A stretch of DNA of 64,000 nucleotides from the human T2T-CHM13v2.0 reference genome, Homo sapiens: NCBI RefSeq assembly GCF_009914755.1, contig NC_060933.1; one strand, 5' to 3'. Below are positions 15,498-25,124 of the stretch, piece after piece. The notes under the pieces were generated by a model. The model worked only from the letters and a program-made list of their open reading frames with translations. It did not search any database and was not told where the DNA came from. A program made the position numbers and the translations under genes. Each line of letters opens with the position of its first letter. Position 1 is the stretch's first letter.

Positions 15498-16639
15498 TCA
15501 TCTATGGCATACACTGTATATAAAATTTAATCATCTGCTGATTACATTTGCGGGAGTGATGTTAATTTTGCTGCAGAGCCAAGGCTGAGAATCGCCACCA
15601 CTTAGTAGGTGTGTAACCTGGAGGAAGTTTTTTCTCAAAATCTCACGTTTTCTCAATTCTAAAATGGAATTGAAAAGGTGGTTGTGTGACGGGACATATT
15701 TCATAAAAACCCTTAGCACAGTGCTTGATGCACAGTAAGAACTCAACAATGTTCTCTATGTTACGTGAACACGAAGTGAATTTCGGTAGCTCATCACCCA
15801 TAACTGATTATATGGGTCCAGACAGAGGATAGTTTATAACAACAAAATAATCATCATACTTAATATAATTATTATACTTAATATTTCTAGGCAAAGTGAC
15901 TAAAAAGGGTTCACGAATAGATGAAATAGAAAGATCACCCAAGTATTAAAAATAAACTGGTTCCTACCTCTTGCCACCTTAAAGAAATCACTGTACCTCT
16001 CTGAACTGCATTTAATCAACTCCAAAAGAAGATACAAAAGTCACAGGATCTCAGTAGATCCTATCAAATTTATCCAGATCCTATCAAATTTAATCCAATT
16101 CCAGCAAAAAGAATTGGCTGGGAACCGTTCGCCTCTAAAACCACTCATTCCAGACAAGTATGATTGATTTTAGCTGATTGTATAGCTTTCTTTGCATTTC
16201 ATGGACAAAACCCAGAAAGCTCTCACCACTATTAACTTAAATCTTGGGCAGCTGTTTCTTAATTTATCTTAAATAATCTTGAAAATTACCTATCAAAAGG
16301 TCTACTCCGTTTTCCTCTTAAATCACTATGTGGCTCATCTCAGCACTGCCCCCTTCCAGCCTACAATCAGCAACCCATGAGGAAAGCTGCAGTAAATGGA
16401 TGGATGAACAAGTCACGGGCAATTTCTGCTCAGAATGTTTAACACAACACAGACAAGTCCCAACTCCCAAAGCCACGGTGATAGTCGTTTACTTTGGTTC
16501 AGAACTGCCACTAGACTAAGATAAGCACCATGAGCATTACATAACCACAACGAACTTAAATATTGTTATTCCCATTTTACAGACAGGCTCAGGGATTTAA
16601 GGGACCTAGGCAAGGTCACATATCCTGTAAGTGGTGACG

Positions 16640-17420
16640 CCACGATTCAGTCTCATTGCTTTTTTGCTTTTCCCTGAGACCAAGCTCTTTCCAGTACACG
16701 GCCAGGCTCGCGCCCCTCGGGAGCGCTTGTGGGAAGCGCAACCCTCGCCTGCCCGCACCAATCCACAGGTGCGCGCAGGAGCCGCTCGGGGGCCCTGGCC
16801 CTGGCCCGCCGAGGCCCGGACAGCCCCGCAGGCCATGACCGCAACCCTCGGGTCCCGAGGCGCCGCTCCAGGCGGGAGCGCCAACTCCCACGGCCCTTCC
16901 GACCCCCGCGTCCCATTGTTCCGAATCTCACTCACCTCGGAGGATGCCGGCGCAGGCCTGGCTGGGGCGCTCGCCGCGAGCTCCCGGCAGCCCAGAAAGC
17001 TAGGTCGGTGTCGGCAGGATCCGCGAAGGCGTACCCGGCGACTTCTCCGCCTACCCTCCGAAGCGGGAGCAGGCGGGGGCGCTTCACCCTCCTCGCGAGA
17101 CAGCGGAGACCCCAGCGGCGGCTGCGACCCCTGTGACGCAAAGGGCTCATCACCAATGGCAGCTCGGAAGCAGGGCAGAGAGCGAGACCCACCCCCCAGC
17201 TCCCGCGCATCAAAACACAACACCCGCCTTCCTCACGCATGCGCAGCAGATGGACGCCGGCCTCGGGGGCGGGGCTCAGCGCACCGGCCCAAATGCGGCC
17301 CCTCCCCCGCCGCTCCAGACCCCGGAGGAGGGCAGCGCGACCCTCCCCATCTTGTTACTGGTACTCAGCCACTGGGGACACTGACTGAATGTTCGCCCCT
17401 AACTTACCCGGAAAACACGA
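16640..17420. promoter_or_regulatory. CpG island over TOPORS exon 2, with NRF1-like motif (CGCATGCGCA 17236-17245), GC box (17265-17274) and CCAAT (17153-17157)
   Basis: Very high GC and CpG density; motifs read directly from the sequence. Confidence 0.7.
16936..17130 (-). CDS. TOPORS: TOPORS coding exon 2 (195 nt, GSQPPLGSP...PAPASSE, residues 2-66)
   Basis: Acceptor CACAG|GGG at 17131/17130 and donor GAG|GTGAGT at 16936/16935, phase 0 at both ends. 1+65+979 = 1045 aa, the known TOPORS length. Confidence 0.95.
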
Positions 17421-18598
17421 GAACTAGTTCGATGTCGTTTCAACCTTACCAAACTCTGCGGAAACTTAGGAAATTATCTTTAGTGTCTAGATAGGGGAAT
17501 TGTTAGATGGACTTGAAGTCTCTCACCTCCTGTTGTACGCCTCCCGGAAGCAACACCAGGAGTCCAACGGGATCCCAAACCAGAGCCCAACCAGTATCCT
17601 ATAAAGTCTTCAGAGAGGGATCCCCTCCAGGCTGGGGAGAAACAGGACAACCTAACAAAACAGGGCCTGGACTCCTCCCTAAACAGACCACGTTTTTCTC
17701 CGCTCTTCCCCTTCCCACTCCCTGAAATCTAGACTAAAACTCTTTTAAGATAACTGCGAGGTATAAAGAACGTCTAGAGCCTAAGCGGCCCGTTGCCAGA
17801 TTCTACTCCTCAGGCCTCAAATGTGAGCGCCCCAAACATTCTAGAGCTGAACCTGGTACGCTCGCCCACCAAGCTGCCGTGCTCGGGGCTTAGTATCTCA
17901 CGCGCGGCAGTTCAAGAACATCAGACACGCTCAACAAACACTTGTTGCTTGACTGATACATTATGGCGGGTAACGCGTCCCACGTATTTCTTCTTAGAGA
18001 TATACATTACGCTATACGTTTCTGAAGAATGGCTCGATTTACAGGGGTTCCCACAACGATTTGTCACATATAAAAGAGTGGGTGGTATTTTTACGTCAAA
18101 GATGAACAGGCGAACGTCCATCTAAATCGTGTGGTATCAGATGCGGGGAGGCGTGGGGGAGGGAGCGGGGGAGAAAGCGTTAATTCTTCCAGCTTTAGAG
18201 CCAGACGTAATATTTAAAACGTGGATTGTTTTTCAAATTAACTTTTAAATGGACACGACAGCACCTTATCCTGCATTAATATTGCATTGCAACTAGAAAG
18301 AAAACCAGTGGAGGTACGCCTATCTCCTCTCTAGTTGGCAAAAAAAAAAAAAAAAAAGCAATTTTTAACATTTTCTCGTTTATTCCCCTCTCTAAAAGGC
18401 GGGCAAGGCCCCCGATCACGTGATACCGCCCCCCAACTCCGGGCGGAAGAGGCCAGCGACAGCGCTGCACGAAGCGAGTGGGCGGGCGCTCGTGCCCGGC
18501 TAAAAGATGGCTGCTGGCGCCTGGCAGCCACCGCCTGGGAGGTTACTGTAAGGCCCGCAGCTCCCGCCAGCTCCCGCGGACTGCTGCCGCCTCCTTAC

Positions 18599-18601
18599 CA
18601 T
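18599..18601 (-). CDS. TOPORS: TOPORS exon 1 coding part: only the ATG, directly followed by the splice donor
   Basis: Minus strand reads ...CTGGCTTC ATG|GTAAGG. It supplies the Met of the known N-terminus MGSQPPLG; exon 2 has no ATG. Confidence 0.88.
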
Positions 18602-18644
18602 GAAGCCAGTAAGTCGTCGCACGCTGGACTGGATTTATTCAGTG
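18600..18644 (+). CDS. SMIM27: SMIM27 coding exon 1 (MKPVSRRTLDWIYSV)
   Basis: ACC-ATG start, 15 codons, then donor GTG|GTAAGT at 18644/18645. Confidence 0.9.
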
Positions 18645-18965
18645 GTAAGTCCCGGGGATCGCGGGCCCCCACCGTGTCGACTCACTGGGCCCGCAGGCGG
18701 AAAGGCCCTATTTCTTCAGCACCCAGAAACTCCAAAATCCATTCCTGAATTAAGCATTTCACTCCCTCACCTCGACTCCGCCTCTTCCTGGAGGATACGA
18801 TCTTCCGCTTCTTACGTAAGGGCTGCTGGGTGTACCCGCCACTGGAACCCCATTTATTCGACTTTGTTACTTTAATTCCCACCTTAGCAATGGCAACGGT
18901 AACCTGACGGGGGCGAGGGGAAATATCAGGTAGATTTCACACCTCCTTTGCGATTTTTGGTTTAG

Positions 18966-19088
18966 TTGCTGCTTGCCATCGTTTTAATCTCCTGGGGCTG
19001 CATCATCTATGCTTCGATGGTGTCTGCAAGACGACAGCTAAGGAAGAAATACCCAGACAAAATCTTTGGGACGAATGAAAATTTGTAA
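18966..19088 (+). CDS. SMIM27: SMIM27 coding exon 2 (LLLAIVLISWGCIIYASMVSARRQLRKKYPDKIFGTNENL*); 55-aa single-pass membrane microprotein
   Basis: Pyrimidine tract and TTTAG| acceptor at 18965/18966, in frame with exon 1. A hydrophobic segment is followed by basic RRQLRKK; TAA at 19086-19088. Confidence 0.9.
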   Translation: MLLAIVLISWGCIIYASMVSARRQLRKKYPDKIFGTNENL

Positions 19089-19149
19089 CTCTTCTGGATT
19101 TAATTATCTGAAAATACAGTTCTTTCCCTCATGCTTATGTAGATATAAA

Positions 19150-19155
19150 AATAAA
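19150..19155 (+). terminator. SMIM27 poly(A) signal AATAAA
   Basis: AATAAA about 60 nt after the stop codon, with T-rich sequence downstream. Confidence 0.75.
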
Positions 19156-19364
19156 ATTCATAATGCAAAGTTCCCAAGTTTATTTTTGCATTATCCTTTA
19201 TAACAAGCACTAGTATGCAAATTTTTCACTTAGAGATTTTAGTATTTTACATTCTCATGACAAAATTAACAGCAACCTAAATCTGACAGTCTTGAGTGTC
19301 AGATCATAGTTGGAATAAGCTTTTCAATCAAGTTTCTAAATTCTTCAAAAATGATTCGGAAAGC

Positions 19365-19653
19365 TTTTTTTTTTTTTGAGACGGAGTCTTGCTCTGTCGC
19401 CCAGGCTCAGTGGCACTATCTCGGCTTACTGCAAGCTCCGCCTTCTGGGTTCACACCAATCTCGTGCCTCAGCCTCCGCAGTAGCTGGGACTACAGGAGC
19501 CCGCCACCACGCCCGGCTAATTTTTTTGTATTTTTAGTAGGGACGGGGTTTCACTGTGTTAGCCATGATGGTCTCGATCTCCTGACTTCGTGATCTGCCC
19601 GCCTCGGCCTCCCAAAGTGCTGGGATTACAGGCATGAGCCACTGCGCCTGGCC
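19365..19653 (-). repeat. AluY between SMIM27 and the proximal NDUFB6 3' ends
   Basis: Poly(T) head with AluY diagnostics. Confidence 0.9.
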
Positions 19654-19948
19654 GGAAAGATTTCCTTAAAACAAAAGTGCATGGAATTGCTGTTCTTACA
19701 TTTGTTTATTGTGATATTTCACTGTTGCATACCCTGATACCAAATTAGTGTAAGTACTGTGTAAGAAAAAAACAAACAAACATGTAACTAAATACTTTTC
19801 CATACCGTTTTCCAAGTCAAGAATGACCAGAAAAAGTAGGTAGTCTCTCATATTTGTTTAGCATGTCCACTTTTTACTTATTGTTAAATTACTCAGTCTC
19901 AAATTGTACAATGCTTGAAAACAGATATGACAATTTCTGAGATTAAAC

Positions 19949-19954
19949 TTTATT
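19949..19954 (-). terminator. NDUFB6 proximal poly(A) signal (others at 19705-19710 and 19179-19184)
   Basis: TTTATT on plus (AATAAA on minus) about 90 nt after the stop codon. Confidence 0.7.
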
Positions 19955-20040
19955 AAAGTTACTTTTCCAGAAAATTCAGTAAATATGGTAATATAGGAAC
20001 AAACTTAGGCTCATAAGCCTTTTAACTTTTTACATAATCT

Positions 20041-20109
20041 TTAATGATGTTGATCAGGAAATTCTTTCATTGGTGGAATTACTTCTCCAGTCTCCAGAAT
20101 TGTATCACC
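20041..20109 (-). CDS. NDUFB6: NDUFB6 exon 4 coding part (GDTILETGEVIPPMKEFPDQHH*)
   Basis: Acceptor TTTTCCTAG|GGT; TAA at 20043-20041. 60+31+15+22 = 128 aa. Confidence 0.96.
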   Translation of the reverse strand, partial: GDTILETGEVIPPMKEFPDQHH

Positions 20110-20723
20110 CTAGGAAAACAAAGATACAGTTAGTACAAAAATCTTAAGTCTACAGAGGTGATAGTTCTATTCTGTTCTATGTTCATCAGATCTCACATGG
20201 AAAATGTACTTGAGTTCTGGCATTCCCTTTAAAAGGACCCTAGACAAAGTAGAAGCTGACTAAATCTGAACAATCAGTATTCAAAATTTTAAGGTATAGT
20301 GAAATAATAGGGAAATTTTCACTCAGAAACAAAATAATCAAAAAGGGCACGAAAATTGTGTTCTCTAAGTGATAAAGGGATAATCTTTTATTTTGTATGA
20401 CCCCAATAAATGGAGGCCCCAGAAAGAAGTTGCAAGGAAACATCTGCAGTTCCAGATAAGGAGGTAATGTACCCCCAGCAACTGAATGTGTTACGCAATC
20501 ACCAGTTTTCTGATTGGCTTACATACTGAATACAGAATACAAACTTTGGCTAGGCAGCTGGTCCAGATGTCTTTTCAATTCTTGATATAGATGTGGGCAA
20601 AAAGGCATGGGCATTGAAGCCAGAACCAAGTGGTAAGAATCTTGGAACCTCCACTGACAAGCTGTATAGTTTTAAGACAGATTATTCAATTTCAGTTTCA
20701 GCCATGTGTTTAAGATAGATTCT

Positions 20724-22690
20724 GTTAGCCTGCCAGTCCCTGAATGACTGGGAAGAGTAGAATTGTCCCCATACCCACCCCAATCCCTGCCATTCCCTGA
20801 CCTGGTACTGCTCAGGATTATAGTCCAATGAAAAAATAAATATGTTTATGCCATTATACATTTGGGCAACAATTTGTTAGTACAGCTAGCATTATCCCAA
20901 TAGAAATCATTGCCTTGAAGTGGCACTAATGCTGCTGTAATAAAAATCAAGCTATAGGGCACTGGCTTAGCAGTCTGGTAGCAAAGATAAAGATGGAAAC
21001 AAAAGGCAGTGGCAAACTATTTAGCAAAATATCTCCTATAACTTGGAAGCTGACTGCCTAATGAACTTGAGGTTCTAGAAGAAGTAGCTGGGAAAAAAAG
21101 TTATAGTATGTGTTTGGATCCTTGGGATCCTTGGATGCCTTGGGAATGTACTTTAAGAAGCATGAGCTCAGGCAAAAAGTGGCTGATTTGAGAGGCGACA
21201 TAAAAATGGAGAGGAAGAGAGAACACTTTGGTGCACGCTAGAGACTTTCTGTTCCTGACCAAAAAAAAAAAAAGTTAATAGAATCTAAAAATTTGGGCCA
21301 GTCATGGTGGCTCATGCCTGTAATCCCAGCACTTTGGGAGTCCAAGGCAGGAGGATTGCTTGAGGCCCAGAGTTCAAAACCAGCCTGAGCAAGAGTAGGA
21401 CCCTGTATCTAAAAAATAAATAAAAAATCAGGACCTTGTGGTATTGAAAAATCACACTACTTCAGAATTCCTAAACAATAAGTTAACACAAGAAATCTGA
21501 GCAACAGAAGCCCAATAAAACTCAAACAGAGGGACACAGCCCTATGGCAAAGATCAGTTTAAAATGAAGGTAGCCTTTGAACCAGTCTGCCTCAGATGGC
21601 CTCCACATAGCTGCCACAGAGGTGAGAGAGGCAGATGCATAAGGACAAAGAAATGAGACAAGCTGGTAACTGTGTATAGGAAAAACAGATACTGGCATGA
21701 GAAACTGACTAGAAGTAAACACATTAGATGTCTACCAAATATTTTTCTTTTCATGCTTCTAAATGTTAAGGGAAATGGATGGACAAACCAAACATATAGT
21801 TTACAGAATCCTGCCAGAATGTTTGAAATTAAAACAACCTCTGGCATTCAACCTCCTGCAAGCAGGTGGCAGATTCTGAAGCCCATACAGCCCCCTAAGG
21901 AGGGCATGCTTCCCAATACCATTTAGATGTGGTCTAGGTAGATAATGAAAAGAACAAACCCCCTGGACAGAGCCAGGAACCAGGAAGAACGATGGATAAA
22001 GGTGTTCTTTCAAGAAAACAAAATCAGTGCCCATTCAAGTAATTTCTCACACACGGGTTAGGAGTGAGATTTCAGGATTGCCAAGAACCAGTGACTACTA
22101 TGCTATCCAAATTCTACCACTGAACAATGGGTGTGGTTGGGGGACAAGGATACAGTTAACTTGTCTTCTTAGTTCACTGATCCTCAGATCAACAGAAGTC
22201 ATATATAAACCTGACATACTATTTTACATCATCTGGAGATCATGGATTTGGGGCCGGGTGCAATGATGGAATGGGACTTTGGGATTTCTCCCTAAGGAGA
22301 GAGACTAAGTGTGTTATGCATGGGTAAAGAAAGAAGCCAAGAGCTGTTTGGTGACTAGAAAGATGGAATGTAGCAGAAACTCCATGAATAGGGGTCTGGG
22401 AAATAGCAAAGAGCACACAGATAATATTTGGGAAGATGACAGTGAGTTTTAGCTAACAGAATTTGAGCAGAAGTGATGTAAGCTACTTCTAAGCTTAGAT
22501 CCTAAAAATCATCCCCTGAGACATCCTGCCGTATCTTTGTATCACGATCTTGGAACCTCATATTCGATAGGCACAGCTGTAAGATTGAGGAAGATCACCT
22601 GATTCACAGTAGTCTGTGATGTCAACAAGAAATAAACCTCTGTTTTGTTAAGCCATTGAGATTTGGAAGTTTGTTATTACTTGTCCTATT
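20724..22690 (+). mobile_element. Probable old MaLR (MLT1-like) LTRs with internal remnant; FLAM at about 21296-21427
   Basis: LTR-end motif AAGAAATAAACCTCTGTTTTGTTAAGCCATTGAGATTTGG..GTTTGTTA at about 22630-22678, with a similar degraded end at about 20830-20890. Confidence 0.5.
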
Positions 22691-23010
22691 CTAAACATAT
22701 ATACAATGAGCATTCTTCAGTTCCTCAAAGGGGTCATGGCACAGAAACAAGAAAGAACCACAGTGGCAAAAAATACAGAAATATGAGAAATGCTACAGGA
22801 TCCCTGATATGGTCTTCTGAATAGAGCTCTCCTTTTCCTTTGAACAGTAAATGGCAAAATAAATTAACATTTAAATGGAATAAATGGAAGACTAAATAAA
22901 TATAAATTGCCCAGCTGGAAAAACCAGCAAGATAATTTCCTATTTTGAGACTACCTAGGCTGTAACACACATCAATGTTACACAATAAAACAAAAGGAGA
23001 AATCCCCTAC

Positions 23011-23936
<926 letters not shown>

Positions 23937-24249
23937 CCCTCCCCCAACTATTTCTTAAACCAGCGTTCCAACTGGGACCGCTGGCCAGTTTTGGTGGCCC
24001 TTCCTAAAATTCCCCTGTTGCAACAGATAATCATTACTGTGACTAAGTCATTTGATTAAAGCAAGAATCACACTTTTGTTATTTAAATTGTGTACTTTTG
24101 AGTTATGATAGTTCATTATCTGTGACTAGAAATAGACAAGAACATAGTATGTATTCTACTATGCTAAACAATAACCTCACAAACAGCTAGTAAATACCAA
24201 CTGACTACTGAGTCACCTTTTAATGCTAAAATAACTCATTTCAAATTAG

Positions 24250-24580
<331 letters not shown>

Positions 24581-25079
24581 CATAGTATAAAATTTAAAAC
24601 ACCCATTAGTGGATATTAAATTCACAGATGGAGAACTTAAGGTCAAATCTTGAAAATGAGGTACAAAGCCATAGGACATGAGAGTTTGGAATTAATAACA
24701 GAAATTCAGTTGCTGTCACCATGCATGGATGTTTGCTTAGGCTCATGCCCTAAGCTCTTTACCCAACATGAAACAGGACACAGTGAAAAACTTTTGGTAC
24801 TTTCAACTCCCTTTAGGAAAATCAAGGTCACAAAACACGTTTTACAGCCAGGTTGAAAATAAATGTGCTCACTTCCCATTTGAACTGTAATTGTTACCTC
24901 ACGGTATTTCTTCCTGTTTTTTTTTGTTTTGTTTTGTTTTTTACAAGAATACACAAAACAGGGACTTAAACCGAAAGTGAGAAGGAAAGAACATTTTAAT
25001 CTAATAATTGCTTGGAAAGGGAGGAAAAGGAAAGAGAAAAACAATAAACAAAAGAAAAATCAGAAGTGTTAAGACTTAC

Positions 25080-25124
25080 AGGGAATATTCTGGACTTCTT
25101 TTCAACTATGCCATATGGTTTTTC
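25080..25124 (-). CDS. NDUFB6: NDUFB6 exon 3 (EKPYGIVEKKSRIFP)
   Basis: Acceptor TTACAG|GAA, donor CCT|GTAAGT; 45 nt, phase 0. Confidence 0.95.

Larger units (their letters stand above)
18395..18920. promoter_or_regulatory. CpG island holding the overlapping SMIM27 and TOPORS promoters
   Basis: Left of the ATGs: E-box palindrome ATCACGTGAT 18415-18424, GC boxes, ETS CGGAAG 18444-18449, YY1-like AAGATGGC 18504-18511. Right of the ATGs: ETS CTTCCG 18802-18807 and palindrome CTTACGTAAG 18811-18820. Confidence 0.75.

Noticed and set aside
16631-17494. 287-aa plus-strand ORF, and other overlapping ORFs, antisense to TOPORS exon 2
   Set aside because: GTG start, Pro/Ala/Arg/Gly-biased, no recognisable domain. 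Long stop-free frames are expected in a CpG island.
18600-18875. 91-aa ORF starting at the SMIM27 ATG
   Set aside because: It reads through the consensus donor at 18645 into the intron; the spliced 55-aa product is better supported.
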